DNA of 63,886 nt, counting the filler, from an uncultured Myxococcia bacterium (lineage in GTDB: Bacteria; CAZTWC01): the NCBI GenBank assembly GCA_964617105.1. It is 4 parts of 4 records of this genome, joined end to end, with 100 filler letters (N's around TTAATTAATTAA, not from the genome) between each part and the next. Parts side by side here need not be neighbours in the genome. Positions count along the whole stretch, not along the records: positions 36,921 to 55,017 come from CAZTWC010000050.1; 3 more parts are not named here. One strand, given 5' to 3'. Shown piece after piece: positions 39,829-52,901 of this stretch. Every line of letters begins with the position of its first letter. The first letter of the stretch is position 1. The translations under genes were made by a program, and so were the position numbers. The notes under the pieces are model-generated. The model did not search any database. It was not told the origin of the DNA and saw only the letters and a list, made by a program, of their open reading frames with translations.

Positions 39829-40682
39829 TGCATAACCTGGAACATTATTTTAAATACCATGGGCCCGAAAAGGACAAGGAATACATTAGGAAAAATGAAG
39901 AATACCAATGGGAAAAGCAACTTGACCGGTGCTTCGGCGGCCAGTTTTTCCGCTCGCTGGCTCCTTTGGGTTCTCATCTGTGATGAGATAATCCTCAGGA
40001 TGTTTCCCAGGGGCGTCCCCATTCTGTCTGCCTGGATCAGGGCAGCTGCAAAGGTGTCAACCGAACTCAGGCCGATCCGTTCGGTCAGGGCTTTGAGCGC
40101 CTCATGACGGGTTTCCCCCATCTTCAGGTGGTTGAGTAAAACATTGAACTCATCTTTCAAAGGGCCTTCCCGTCCTTTTTCCACCACCTTGCCTACCGCA
40201 GCGCCAAAGTCCAGACCTGCTTCCACTGAGAGGGTGAGCAGATCGAGATCAAAGGGTAGATCGATACTTATTTGCCATTGTCTTTTTTTTATCAGATCGT
40301 TAAGCCATAAAATGGGGATAATCAATCCCACTGGGATAAAGATTAAGGTGGTGCTCAGTGATGTTTCCAGGGCAATCGACATAACCAGCCCCAGTATCCC
40401 TCCCAAAAGCCCGGTTATCTGTTGAAGGGCCATGAACTCCTCCGGCGCCATCTTACCAGGCAAGCCTGAGAGAACAAATTTTCGTTGGTATTTTTTGGAG
40501 TATTTCCGCCATACTATTCGCTGGTTCAATTTACTTAGCCACTGGATTATTTTATTATTGTCAATGGGGGAATATTTATCCTCTTTAGCCCCTAACTTGA
40601 GGGAAAAATCTTCGGGCAACAGGGCATATACTGCAAAAAAAACGGCCAGGAAGACAATTATTGGGATCAGGTAAAATTCCAT
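39825..40682 (-). CDS. tadC: TadC-like inner-membrane platform protein (T2SS F domain)
   Basis: LDLLTLSVEAGLDF, LIQADRMGTP, RAEKLAAEAPVKLLFPL. Confidence 0.9.
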   Translation of the reverse strand: MEFYLIPIIVFLAVFFAVYALLPEDFSLKLGAKEDKYSPIDNNKIIQWLSKLNQRIVWRKYSKKYQRKFVLSGLPGKMAPEEFMALQQITGLLGGILGLVMSIALETSLSTTLIFIPVGLIIPILWLNDLIKKRQWQISIDLPFDLDLLTLSVEAGLDFGAAVGKVVEKGREGPLKDEFNVLLNHLKMGETRHEALKALTERIGLSSVDTFAAALIQADRMGTPLGNILRIISSQMRTQRSQRAEKLAAEAPVKLLFPLVFFIFPNVFLVLFGPMVFKIMFQVMQ

Positions 40683-40720
40683 TTTTTTAACCCGGGAATA
40701 AAATCCCCGGCTCTCTTCTC

Positions 40721-41563
40721 TTATATAGGGATATTAACAATTCGTCTTATCAATATCATCCCGATAATTTCCATTACAATGATAACGGCAATCAACATCC
40801 ATCCGAACCAGTGGTTAAGCATGGGCACCATCAGGTCAGGGCGGTACAAATACATGAACAAACCCAGAGCTAAAGGGAGTAGCGAAACAATTATTCCCTG
40901 AAGTTTTCCCTGAGCAGTGAGAGATTGCACTTTGCCCTCCAGCCTGAATCGTTCTCTGATGGTGGCGGCAATTAAATCAAATATTTCGGCCAGATTTCCT
41001 CCCATTTGGCGGGAGATATTGGTGGAGGTTACCAGCAGTTCGAGATCTTCACTTCCCACTCGTTTAACCATCTCGTCCAGAGCGTCATCCAGAGAAACCC
41101 CTAGCCGAAGCTCTTTCAGGGTCAGGTCGAACTCCAGAGCCAAAGGAGCCTGGAACTCCTTGACCAGGTGATCCATGGCCTGTTGAAAAGTTAGCCCTGC
41201 TTTGAAACAGTTGGACATCATGGATAGAGCATCAACCAGTTGCAGGTTGAATTTTTTCACCCGTTTTTTTTGATAATAGTTAATAAGTATATAGGGGATG
41301 AAAAAGAAGCCGGCTCCCAGTAAAATAGCCCCGGCAGTGTGAATGAACAGCAATCCGCCCATTATTCCCATAAGCATGGCAGCCAGATTAAGAGTGAGCA
41401 GGCTGCGGCGGTCAATGAACAAGGCGATATTGGTGATATCTTCGATGGACTGGATATCGTAACGCTCTTTGTAAGTCTGGATAGCGTCTTTAATGGTGTA
41501 ATAGACCAGCAGAGTTGCGATAAAAACTGCCAGAAAAATAGATATGGCTATAATGCCGCCCAT
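40721..41563 (-). CDS. tadB: TadB-like inner-membrane platform protein
   Basis: QLVDAL..KAG, GGNLAEIFD..TIRER, LTAQGKLQG; start at 41563 after GAGGGG. Confidence 0.9.
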   Translation of the reverse strand: MGGIIAISIFLAVFIATLLVYYTIKDAIQTYKERYDIQSIEDITNIALFIDRRSLLTLNLAAMLMGIMGGLLFIHTAGAILLGAGFFFIPYILINYYQKKRVKKFNLQLVDALSMMSNCFKAGLTFQQAMDHLVKEFQAPLALEFDLTLKELRLGVSLDDALDEMVKRVGSEDLELLVTSTNISRQMGGNLAEIFDLIAATIRERFRLEGKVQSLTAQGKLQGIIVSLLPLALGLFMYLYRPDLMVPMLNHWFGWMLIAVIIVMEIIGMILIRRIVNIPI

Positions 41564-41576
41564 AATTTTTTGCCCC

Positions 41577-42386
41577 TCAGGGTATCTTGTTTTTGCCGTT
41601 AATATTGCCTCTGATAACTTCGATATAGTTAAACCGTTTTTTTTCCAATTTTTTTCCTCTTTCACCGGTTAGCAGGGTGTTGAGGGTGGTTTTACCTCTG
41701 TCTTCCTGAATATCTATATCTTCACTATTGCGCAGGGTAAGATAGATGTTACCCAACTCCTGGCTTAGCACCAGCATCTCCGCTTCTTCCGGTAAAACCA
41801 GCAGCGAAATGGTGGAGTAGAATTTTTGTCCCTCCGGGAGGAGGTTAAGGTTGGTTCTTTGGGTTATTTGACCGGTGTTGAGTACGATCAGGTTTTGCAG
41901 CAGGTTGACTGCGGTCATATCCCTGGTTTCCGGATCCCTGAAAATACCGATTATATCCACATGATCGTTGGGTCTGATATGCTGGCTCACCGAAGATTCG
42001 GCATTTACTCGTATAGAAACTGCCCGGAAAGATTTGGGGATGGTGTTGGATAGTTTTTCCAACTCCTGGCCGCTTTGTATTTGTGTCCACAGAATGGAGT
42101 CGCCGGCTTTTACAGGTACATTCAGGCGTTGGCCCACGATAAAACGCAAGTTATCGGGGGTAATCACGCTGTTAGTAACAAATTGTTCCGGTATCCCCCG
42201 TTTGCTGATCATATTGTTGTCCAGGGTTGAGCCCTCAATCAAGTCGGTGTCGTACACCAGCACTTCGGTTAGCCCCCAACCTCTCTCTATCTCTTTCTTT
42301 TTTTCTTTGATGGATGACCAGGTCATTAATCCGGCGATAGCAGCCAGTAGCAGGGCGATTACCAGAGGGATTTTAGTTTTTTTCAT
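41577..42386 (-). CDS. cpaB: Flp pilus assembly protein CpaB/RcpC
   Basis: N-terminal TM, SAF domain, RAVSIRV, IRPNDHVDII, LLQNLIVL, LTLRN. Confidence 0.9.
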   Translation of the reverse strand: MKKTKIPLVIALLLAAIAGLMTWSSIKEKKKEIERGWGLTEVLVYDTDLIEGSTLDNNMISKRGIPEQFVTNSVITPDNLRFIVGQRLNVPVKAGDSILWTQIQSGQELEKLSNTIPKSFRAVSIRVNAESSVSQHIRPNDHVDIIGIFRDPETRDMTAVNLLQNLIVLNTGQITQRTNLNLLPEGQKFYSTISLLVLPEEAEMLVLSQELGNIYLTLRNSEDIDIQEDRGKTTLNTLLTGERGKKLEKKRFNYIEVIRGNINGKNKIP

Positions 42387-42480
42387 TTATTGGTTACCTA
42401 TACAAACTGACGATTAAATTTTCCCAATAATATCAATAATTATGTGGCAAGTAAAGAGAAAAAAAACGTTCGGTCACCGG

Positions 42481-42509
42481 TTGCAAATTACCACAAAATT
42501 TAGTAAAAT
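42481..42509 (+). promoter_or_regulatory. Sigma70-like promoter of gyrB
   Basis: TTGCAA-N17-TAAAAT. Confidence 0.5.
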
Positions 42510-42627
42510 AAGAGGTTGAATTTATTTTTAATGGGGCAGCATTATTTTCGATCCCTACTTGGCCAAATTGATGGTGGGGAATGCTCACACCAACCAGAAG
42601 CAACCAGCGAAGATCGATTTTCAATAG

Positions 42628-45090
<2,463 letters not shown>

Positions 45091-45113
45091 GGGCGAAGGG
45101 TGGTTGGACAACC

Positions 45114-46019
45114 ATGATAAAAAATTCAATATTAGTACCTATTGATATCAGTTCTCCCTTAAAATATTCTCCTTTATGGGCGATTGAACTGGCAAAAAAA
45201 TTTGACGTGCCCATCCATTTTCTGTCGGTGATAAAACCGATTCAATCGGAAACTCTTACTCATACCTTTGTGCCCCAGAATATTTACCACAATGTTCATA
45301 CTCGTATTGTTTTAGAAACCAAGCAAAAACTGGATGACCTGGTTAACTCTTTTAATATGAAAGGACTCAAGTATAAAACCGAGGTGAAAGAGGGAATCCC
45401 CTTTTTCGAGATTCTCCGGGCATCTATAAGGGAGAAGAGCGACTTGATTCTACTCACTAACCGGGGGATAACTAAAAAAATCGCCCGTCACATCCTGGGT
45501 ATGACCTCCTATAAGCTCGTGCAAAATGCTCCCTGTCCGGTTTTATCCATCCGCGACCAGCAGATGGAAAGATACTGTTTTAAGAAAATCCTGGTGGCCA
45601 TAGATTTTTCCGATCACTCCAAGCGTACTTTCAGGTTTATGCTGGAGTTCGCTCACCATTTTGGTTCTACTATTACCCTGTTGAATGTAATCGATACTGA
45701 AACAGGCCGTTTTTTAGATGGTCAATTGGAAAAAACCGATCTGCTGGACCGGCTGCTGGCCAAGTCAAAGGATGATTTTAGTCACTTTTTATCGGAAGAG
45801 AAACTCTCTGATATAGAAATCTATACCCAGGATTCTCACGGTAAACCGGCAGAAGAGATTCTTAAGTATGCTGAAAAGTTAGGGGCAGATCTAATTGCTG
45901 TGGGTAGTCATGGCCGCACTAGTTACCTCATGGATTTGCTGTTAGGCAATACCTCATATTACGTAGTTCGCCACGCCAAAAGTTCAATTCTCTCTTTCAG
46001 ACCCTCCAGAACATTTTAG
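45114..46019 (+). CDS. Tandem universal stress protein (2 USP domains)
   Basis: ILVPID..APCPVL and ILVAIDFS..DLIAVGSHGR..LLGNTS. Confidence 0.9.
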   Translation: MIKNSILVPIDISSPLKYSPLWAIELAKKFDVPIHFLSVIKPIQSETLTHTFVPQNIYHNVHTRIVLETKQKLDDLVNSFNMKGLKYKTEVKEGIPFFEILRASIREKSDLILLTNRGITKKIARHILGMTSYKLVQNAPCPVLSIRDQQMERYCFKKILVAIDFSDHSKRTFRFMLEFAHHFGSTITLLNVIDTETGRFLDGQLEKTDLLDRLLAKSKDDFSHFLSEEKLSDIEIYTQDSHGKPAEEILKYAEKLGADLIAVGSHGRTSYLMDLLLGNTSYYVVRHAKSSILSFRPSRTF

Positions 46020-46020
46020 A

Positions 46021-46080
46021 TAGTTCCCGTCCGAAAACCCGAGGCAATTCTCGCAACGAAGTGAATCTTCGGAACTGCTA
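46021..46080. repeat. Short inverted-repeat element (family member) between convergent genes
   Basis: TAGTTCCCGTCCGAAAACC..CTTCGGAACTGCTA; the terminal CTA is the stop of the minus-strand gene. Confidence 0.6.
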
Positions 46081-47610
46081 CTTATACTCCTGGATAAAGG
46101 AAGATTTGGGGATGTCGTAGTTTTTTCTGATTTGGCCATTTAGGCTTTGGGCTGCATGGGCGTCTACAAACACGGTAACGTTGCTGTAAGCACATTTAAG
46201 ATTAAACACCTGAACTCCCCCCTTGGTGTAGGATTTCAAAGCCTCCTGGATTTGCCCGATGGAGTGAATTTGATGTTGGTTAATACTCTTTACCAGGCAG
46301 TTTTTCAGGCCTTCGTATCCGTGATTGATCTTATGGGGAAAAACCCGGTTTAAAAATACCACTCGTTTTTGTTTTGGTAAAGTAGGGTAGTTTTTTGAAT
46401 GGAGTATATAATAATAATGAGAGTTGGCTAACTCCCACCCCCAGTTCCAAGTGCGTTGCAAATAGCCTCGGGTCAACTCCTGGAACAGGAAACCGGCGTA
46501 AAAAAGATAATTCACCGGTCGATCATATAGATAGCGGGGAATCAAAGTAAGGTTTGGCTTAAAAGGTTGGAGTTTTAAGGTCATTTTTATCTCTTTACCT
46601 TGCCTGAAGATGGTCAGGTCCAATTTGTCCCCCACCAGTTTGCCGGTAATCAGGGCCGGAAATCGCAGGCGCCCCCACTCTTTATCTTGATAATAGCCGC
46701 GGGTATCAATATTTTTACCCTCAACTTTCAAGATAACATCACCTTTTTTAAGGTGCGGATAGGCGGAGGTGCCGGGTAGCACTTTTTGTATCCATACGCC
46801 GCCACTATTTTGGGGTAATTTCAGCCATTGGCGGGTATTTGGGTCCTTTAGATCGGTATAGATAATACCCAGATGGGGAAAACCGCGGTAATCACCCTGG
46901 GTCAGGTCATCGATAAAATGTTTTATGTGGGCGGCAGGAATTATTTTTAGCGGTTGGTTACGGTACACTCCACCTGAGGATAGACCCAATAACTTGCCGC
47001 TCTGGGTAACCGGCAGCGAATACTTGCCGCCGCTATAGGAGGAGAGGTTGGCTTCAACCAGAAATGCCGACAGGGGTAATTTGCTGATATAAGAGGGTAC
47101 AACTTTCATTTTTTTGATTTTTCCCGGGGAGGCTTCATACATCTCCACCGGATGCCATTTGAAGATATTGACATCTTTGGTTTTGTCCACCCGAGTAGCC
47201 AAAGGCATAGGCTGCAGAGCAGCGATTTTGTCAGGCTTATTAACTTCCAGCAGGGCCAGGTCGCCAATGTAATCACACAAAACTACTTTTGCTGCCAGTC
47301 TTTCTTGACTTTCACCGATTAGTTGCACCTCTATAAGAGTATGATTCCGTAGAGCGGAGGCCGTAACCAATATTTGATTTTTACCTACCAATACTCCCAG
47401 ATAGGTACGGGTTAAAATACTCTGTTTAAGCCAGGGGGTGTGGTTGTTGTAAGATTGAGAGGTCACGTGAATTGCCAGGAGGCTGGAGTCTTCAACCGGT
47501 TTACCGGTTTCCTGGCCGGCTGATTTATCCTGGTCTGCAGCCAGAGTCCTCCCGCCAATGGCCAAAAGTGATATAAAAGCCAGCAGAAAGAACAAAATGG
47601 ATAATCTCAT
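46078..47610 (-). CDS. Deg/HtrA-like protease homologue with PDZ domains, predicted inactive
   Basis: Paralogue of the upstream Deg; TASA replaces TNAH, GDLAL retained, GNSGGP degenerate (SSYSGGKYSLP). Confidence 0.75.
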   Translation of the reverse strand: MRLSILFFLLAFISLLAIGGRTLAADQDKSAGQETGKPVEDSSLLAIHVTSQSYNNHTPWLKQSILTRTYLGVLVGKNQILVTASALRNHTLIEVQLIGESQERLAAKVVLCDYIGDLALLEVNKPDKIAALQPMPLATRVDKTKDVNIFKWHPVEMYEASPGKIKKMKVVPSYISKLPLSAFLVEANLSSYSGGKYSLPVTQSGKLLGLSSGGVYRNQPLKIIPAAHIKHFIDDLTQGDYRGFPHLGIIYTDLKDPNTRQWLKLPQNSGGVWIQKVLPGTSAYPHLKKGDVILKVEGKNIDTRGYYQDKEWGRLRFPALITGKLVGDKLDLTIFRQGKEIKMTLKLQPFKPNLTLIPRYLYDRPVNYLFYAGFLFQELTRGYLQRTWNWGWELANSHYYYILHSKNYPTLPKQKRVVFLNRVFPHKINHGYEGLKNCLVKSINQHQIHSIGQIQEALKSYTKGGVQVFNLKCAYSNVTVFVDAHAAQSLNGQIRKNYDIPKSSFIQEYK

Positions 47611-49112
47611 AAATCACCTTCCAGGTAACGATCTTTGGCTATGCCGTATCTTTTCAGAATAGTCTGGTTTGATTGCTTAACTTTTTCTACATCCAGGATT
47701 ATAGGTGGCGTCCTCCCCTCGAACTCAATAACATGGAAAGAACCCTTAGGTTTTTCCAGTGCCTCCACCAGTTTGCTAAAAGAGTTTATCTCTTGGCCAT
47801 TGGCTTTAGCCACCACCGCGTTTTCCCGTCCGGTAATATATGTATTAATATTGTGAGGAAGTCTTCTGGACATCACCACCACGTCTTTAAATCGTTGGTG
47901 GAGTTGATCGGAATAGAAATGATCAAAATAGTATAGAATACGGGCATAATTTGGATCCCACAGGTTGTAGCCTCTTTTTAGAGTATTCAGGTAACCTTTG
48001 GTCAGGGAGATGAAGACCAGCCCGGCAAAAATAAAATAGCGAGGCCTCTGCTGGTAAGTGTTTCTCTGTTTTAGACTGAAGCGGGGCGGGAAGAGGCTGA
48101 AGGATTGACTAAACTTTTTTCCTTTCCTGATTCCATCAAATTTTACCTGGTTGCCAGAGAGTTTTCTCTCAATAATTTCATCGAAACGCATGTTACTGCC
48201 GTTTTTGTATTTTATAGAGCCATCGTTGGCAATAGGATGGCCATCGATATGGGTGATCAGGTCGTGGGGCATGAGATACTGGTGGGTATCAACATTGTAG
48301 AGGAAATCCATCAGCAAGATACCGTTTTGGCTGTTGCTGGCGTCAATCCATTTTTTTAGGCCCTGATTACGTAGAATATCTGGCAGCCAGACTATACCCA
48401 ACTCTACGTACCCATCGTATTTGCCATCCTCGATATCGGTTAAAAATCTCTTTACCACAGTAGTGGGGATCACATAGCCCAGGTTTTCGGCTCCGGGCAG
48501 GTTTTGAAAAGCCACCCCCACTACCTTATTGTGTTGGATCACTGGACCGCCGCTGTTGCCCGGGTTAATGGCGGCGTCGGTCTGGATGGTCAAGTGGGCG
48601 TCCCAGCCGGAATGGTAAAAAGTGTTGTTCTCTATGCGGGAAACCACTCCTCTGGTGATGGAAAGGCGACTGCCGCCAATAGGATAGCCTACAGTGATAA
48701 CCTCGGTGTTGAGTTCCGGTAGGTCACCCAACTGCAGCGGAGAGGCTCCTTTAAAATAGTCTTTTTCCTCAACTTTGATCAGAGCCAGGTCGCAGTCGTG
48801 GGCCAAATGGACCACTTTTGCCTTTACTTTTTTAGGGTTGTCATCACTGTGGACCAGAATATAATGGCCGTCTGAAACCACATGGGCATTAGTTATGATA
48901 TGGTTATTGCCGATATAAAACCCGGTGCCGCCCACCTTTTGTTCCACTTTCATTTTCCAGGGGCTATGGAAATCTGGCTGTTGCAGCACCGTGTATATTT
49001 TCACCACCGATGGCTTGATGCGCAATATCTCCTCCTGGGCAGACAAGGGAAAACCGGTAAGAAAAATGAGTAGAGAGCAAATTAAACTCCCAAAAACAAT
49101 TTTCAGGTTCAT
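47607..49112 (-). CDS. Deg/HtrA-like serine protease (Deg2-type, two PDZ domains)
   Basis: ITNAHVV, DCDLALI, AINPGNSGGP catalytic triad; signal peptide; YFIFAGLVF PDZ-type segment. Confidence 0.92.
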   Translation of the reverse strand: MNLKIVFGSLICSLLIFLTGFPLSAQEEILRIKPSVVKIYTVLQQPDFHSPWKMKVEQKVGGTGFYIGNNHIITNAHVVSDGHYILVHSDDNPKKVKAKVVHLAHDCDLALIKVEEKDYFKGASPLQLGDLPELNTEVITVGYPIGGSRLSITRGVVSRIENNTFYHSGWDAHLTIQTDAAINPGNSGGPVIQHNKVVGVAFQNLPGAENLGYVIPTTVVKRFLTDIEDGKYDGYVELGIVWLPDILRNQGLKKWIDASNSQNGILLMDFLYNVDTHQYLMPHDLITHIDGHPIANDGSIKYKNGSNMRFDEIIERKLSGNQVKFDGIRKGKKFSQSFSLFPPRFSLKQRNTYQQRPRYFIFAGLVFISLTKGYLNTLKRGYNLWDPNYARILYYFDHFYSDQLHQRFKDVVVMSRRLPHNINTYITGRENAVVAKANGQEINSFSKLVEALEKPKGSFHVIEFEGRTPPIILDVEKVKQSNQTILKRYGIAKDRYLEGDL

Positions 49113-49113
49113 G

Positions 49114-50463
49114 TTATTTTCTCCCCATCTGAAGGCCCACGTATTCTAAGGCTTTATACATATCCACTAACAGGTCTTTGCTTTCTTCTATACCAACTGA
49201 GAACCTGATCAATCCGCGGGGGATCCCTTTAAGTTCCCGTTCCTGGGCAGACATGGCCGAGTGGGTGCCACTGTTGGGGTCTTCTACCAGGGTACCGATA
49301 TAGCCCAGGCTGACAGCGGAGATATAGATGGATGATTTTTCTGCCAAGAAATTAATCAGCAGGTGACCTGCCTTCTCGCGCTCTTCATCGTTTTGACCTG
49401 TCATCACCACAGAGATCATATGACCGGGGGCGAATTCGCCGTGCCAGTCGCGCAGGATTTTTTTGGCCAGGTCATGTTGTTTAAAGGATGGTAGCCCGGG
49501 ATAGATAGTCTCCTGTACCGCTGGATGTTCTTCAAGCAGTTGGGCCAGAAGGGCGGCGTTTTCTTGCATCTTGCGCACTCTAAGGGCCAGGGTTTTAATT
49601 GACTTGGTGAGCAGAGAGTGGAGATCAAAGCCGCTGCAAGTGCCGCCGGTATCTTTGCGGAACAGGAACAGAGATTTCCAGTATTTCCAGGGGACAATGG
49701 CTACACCGCCCAGCCCGGAGGCAAAACCGTTAAGCCCCTTGGTAGTGCTGTGCAAGACGATCATATCTTCCAGAGGGGCTCCTATTTTTAAGGGGTTACA
49801 GCAATAGGGCGTAGCAAAGGTGTTGTCCACTATCAAGGTAATCCTCTCCTCTGGGTTCCGTGACTGGTTTTCTTCCCGGAGCATCTCTTTTAGCGCCTCG
49901 ATATCCACTATTCTAAGAGAAGGATTAGCCAGGGTTTCAAAATATACCACTCTGGTTTGACGGTTGAATAACTCCTTGATTTTTAACGGATCCTGGCTCA
50001 GATCCACAAAATGGACTTTTAGCCCAAGGTTACGGAAAACACCGGTAAAAAGATTGTCTGTGCAACCGTAGACCGGCACGCCAATAATAAACTCGGCATT
50101 CTTGTGGGCTCTAAACAAGGTGCAGGCCCGGATGGCGCTCATGCCATCGGCGAACATCAATCCCACATCACCACCTTCCAGGGTTGCCAGCGCCTTACCG
50201 GTCATCAACTCCAGAGGGGTGCCTAGCCTGGGATAGATATTGGCGGCTCCTCTGGGGATCTTTTTCTCCCTCTCCGGATCAGCATTGACCAGAGAGGCAA
50301 AACTGTCGGCCAAATCTTCGCAATCCTTTGATTGAAAAATAGAGGAAGTTACGATATCCGGCACCAGAGGACCAGCTCCCTGAGGATCTGTCATATGGAT
50401 CAATAGCGATTCGGTGCTGTATTTATGACCTTCGGCTATTTTAGCGATTTCTGTTAACTTCAT
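49114..50463 (-). CDS. PLP-dependent Cys/Met metabolism enzyme, methionine gamma-lyase-like
   Basis: YPRLGTP, GMSAI, YGCT, ETLANP, VDNTFATP, HSTTK (PLP Lys), AVSLG, IRFSVGIE. Confidence 0.8.
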   Translation of the reverse strand: MKLTEIAKIAEGHKYSTESLLIHMTDPQGAGPLVPDIVTSSIFQSKDCEDLADSFASLVNADPEREKKIPRGAANIYPRLGTPLELMTGKALATLEGGDVGLMFADGMSAIRACTLFRAHKNAEFIIGVPVYGCTDNLFTGVFRNLGLKVHFVDLSQDPLKIKELFNRQTRVVYFETLANPSLRIVDIEALKEMLREENQSRNPEERITLIVDNTFATPYCCNPLKIGAPLEDMIVLHSTTKGLNGFASGLGGVAIVPWKYWKSLFLFRKDTGGTCSGFDLHSLLTKSIKTLALRVRKMQENAALLAQLLEEHPAVQETIYPGLPSFKQHDLAKKILRDWHGEFAPGHMISVVMTGQNDEEREKAGHLLINFLAEKSSIYISAVSLGYIGTLVEDPNSGTHSAMSAQERELKGIPRGLIRFSVGIEESKDLLVDMYKALEYVGLQMGRK

Positions 50464-50497
50464 AGGAATTATTCCTTATAACTAAATAACTAAATAA

Positions 50498-50962
50498 CTA
50501 AAAATAGATGGGTAGATCTTCCCGAAGGAGACCGCAGTCAATCAGGTATTTCCGGGCGCCTTCCATTATTATTTCAGTTAGTTCTTTATTGTTCCAGGGT
50601 TTGGTTACATATTTGTAGAGCAATTGTTCGTTCACCGCGGTAATTACCGCTTCGATATCGCTGTACCCGGTAATCAGAATACGGATAGTGTTGGGCTCCA
50701 ATTTTTTAATTTCGGAGATCAGTTCAATACCGGTAATATCCGGCATCCGCTGGTCAGAGAGGATCAGTTGGGGCCGGTGTTTATTAAACAACTCCATGGC
50801 TTCCTCTCCCGAGTTGGCAGTATAGACTTTTAGTTGGTTTTTAAAGAGTTCGCCCAAAGATTCCAGTATGGCTTCCTCATCGTCAACGATCAGCAGTCCC
50901 AGGTCGCTGATCTTATTTTTCAGTTCCTGGTCCTCTTTCTTTCTATCTTTCCACCCGCTCAT
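50498..50962 (-). CDS. Response regulator receiver protein
   Basis: LIVDDE, SDQRMP, ITGYSD, TKPW; start at 50962 after AAGGAGG. Confidence 0.9.
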   Translation of the reverse strand: MSGWKDRKKEDQELKNKISDLGLLIVDDEEAILESLGELFKNQLKVYTANSGEEAMELFNKHRPQLILSDQRMPDITGIELISEIKKLEPNTIRILITGYSDIEAVITAVNEQLLYKYVTKPWNNKELTEIIMEGARKYLIDCGLLREDLPIYF

Positions 50963-50979
50963 GATATGCCTCCTTGATT

Positions 50980-51018
50980 TAGTTACTATCCTAAAGTGAT
51001 CTCTCGGACAGGAACTAG
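50980..51018. repeat. Short inverted-repeat element (family member)
   Basis: TAGTTACTATCCTAAAG..CTCTCGGACAGGAACTAG. Confidence 0.6.
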
Positions 51019-51222
51019 TTAGCAAGTGTTAAAAGAGAAACTTATCTCATCTATAGTTAAATTTCAACTGTTATGAGTAATCTTAAAGGTTTGCTCGAAG
51101 GAGATTTTTACTAGACAGTGATTACCAGTTGCTTCTGATCTGTTGACAATAAAAAAGTGATTGCCAAACCGGTCTATTGTTTATAGTATTTTAAAAATGA
51201 CTTTTAGAAGGTGAGGTAAATT

Positions 51223-52875
51223 ATGAGCAGAACCATTAAAGCGCCCACTGGGCCGAATATTAGTTGCAAAGGATGGATCCAGGAAGCAGCCATGCGAATG
51301 CTGATGAATAATTTGGATCCAGAGGTGGCTGAGAATCCGGATGAGTTGGTAGTTTATGGCGGCAGTGGCAAGGCGGCCAGGAATTGGCAGGCTTTTGACC
51401 AGATAGTGCATAGTCTTAAGAAATTAGAGGAAGATCAGACTCTGCTTATACAGTCGGGAAAACCGGTGGGCGTGATCCAGTCACACCCTTTCGCACCCCG
51501 GGTGATAATTGCTAATGCCTTGCTGGTGCCGGCCTGGGCTACCTGGGAGAAGTTCAGGGAATTGGAGCGGCAGGGTTTGACCATGTACGGTCAAATGACG
51601 GCTGGTTCCTGGATCTACATCGGCAGCCAAGGTATTCTGCAGGGTACCTATGAAACCTTTGTAGAAGCTGGACGCCAGCATTTTCAGGGCGATTTACGGG
51701 GCAAGTTTATCCTCTCTGCCGGTTTGGGCGGCATGGGCGGCGCCCAACCATTGAGCGCCACCATGGCAGAAGCGGTTTTTTTGGGGGTGGAAGTCAATCC
51801 TCAGCGGATAGAAAAACGTATTCAAACCGGATACTGCATGAAGTCTACCGATAACCTGGATCAGGCTCTGGACTGGGTGATGCAGGCCAAAAAAGACAAA
51901 AAGCCGCTTTCGGTGGGGCTGTTGGCCAATGCTGCTGATATCTATCCCGAATTGGTCCGGCGCCAGGTGATTCCCGATATAGTTACCGACCAGACTTCAT
52001 CTCACGATATGCTAAACGGCTATATTCCCTCAGGATTGGATGTAGAGCAGGCGGCACAGTTACGGCAGAGCGATTCTGATGAATATCTAAAGCGGGCTTT
52101 CCAATCGGTGGCTGTTCATGTGCAGGCTATGTTGGATCTGCAAAAGGCGGGAGCTGTGGTTTTTGATTATGGCAACAATATCAGAACTATGGCCCAGAAG
52201 GCCGGAGTAGAGAACGCCTTTGATTTTCCCGGATTTGTTCCCGCCTTTATAAGGCCGCTCTTTTGCCAGGGCAAAGGACCTTTCCGTTGGGCTGCTCTAT
52301 CTGGTGATCCAGAGGATATTTTTCAGACTGACCGGGCAATTAAGGAACTGTTTCCCCAGGACAAGTCTTTGCTTCATTGGCTGGAGATGGCCCAAAAGCA
52401 GGTTCACTTTCAGGGACTGCCTTGCCGGATATGTTGGCTGGGCTATGGTGATCGGGTCAAAGCCGGATTGAAATTCAATCAGATGGTAAAAAGTGGCCAG
52501 TTGAAAGCACCCATTGTCATTGGCCGTGACCACCTGGACACCGGATCGGTGGCTTCTCCCTATCGGGAAACCGAGTCCATGAAAGATGGCTCAGACGCCA
52601 TTGCCGATTGGCCGGTATTAAATGCTCTAATCAATGCAGTCAATGGCGCTTCCTGGGTATCGGTTCACCACGGCGGCGGGGTGGGTATTGGATATGCTCT
52701 GCACGCCGGTATGGTGGTGGTGGCAGATGGCAGCGAATTGAGCGAACAAAAATTGAGTTTAGTGCTCCAGAGCGATCCTGGAACCGGTATTATCAGGCAT
52801 CACGATGCTGGATATCAGGATGCCACCCAGGTGGCTACTGAAAAGGGAGTGTTAATTCCTGGTTTGAATTATTAA
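51223..52875 (+). CDS. hutU: Urocanate hydratase
   Basis: [55 protein letters not shown]. Confidence 0.97.
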   Translation: MSRTIKAPTGPNISCKGWIQEAAMRMLMNNLDPEVAENPDELVVYGGSGKAARNWQAFDQIVHSLKKLEEDQTLLIQSGKPVGVIQSHPFAPRVIIANALLVPAWATWEKFRELERQGLTMYGQMTAGSWIYIGSQGILQGTYETFVEAGRQHFQGDLRGKFILSAGLGGMGGAQPLSATMAEAVFLGVEVNPQRIEKRIQTGYCMKSTDNLDQALDWVMQAKKDKKPLSVGLLANAADIYPELVRRQVIPDIVTDQTSSHDMLNGYIPSGLDVEQAAQLRQSDSDEYLKRAFQSVAVHVQAMLDLQKAGAVVFDYGNNIRTMAQKAGVENAFDFPGFVPAFIRPLFCQGKGPFRWAALSGDPEDIFQTDRAIKELFPQDKSLLHWLEMAQKQVHFQGLPCRICWLGYGDRVKAGLKFNQMVKSGQLKAPIVIGRDHLDTGSVASPYRETESMKDGSDAIADWPVLNALINAVNGASWVSVHHGGGVGIGYALHAGMVVVADGSELSEQKLSLVLQSDPGTGIIRHHDAGYQDATQVATEKGVLIPGLNY

Positions 52876-52901
52876 TAACAGTGGATGGAAATATAAAGAC
52901 T

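Noticed and set aside
50478-50501. (ATAACTAA)x3 between the receiver gene and the lyase gene
   Set aside because: A real but very short AT-rich repeat; nothing indicates phase variation.
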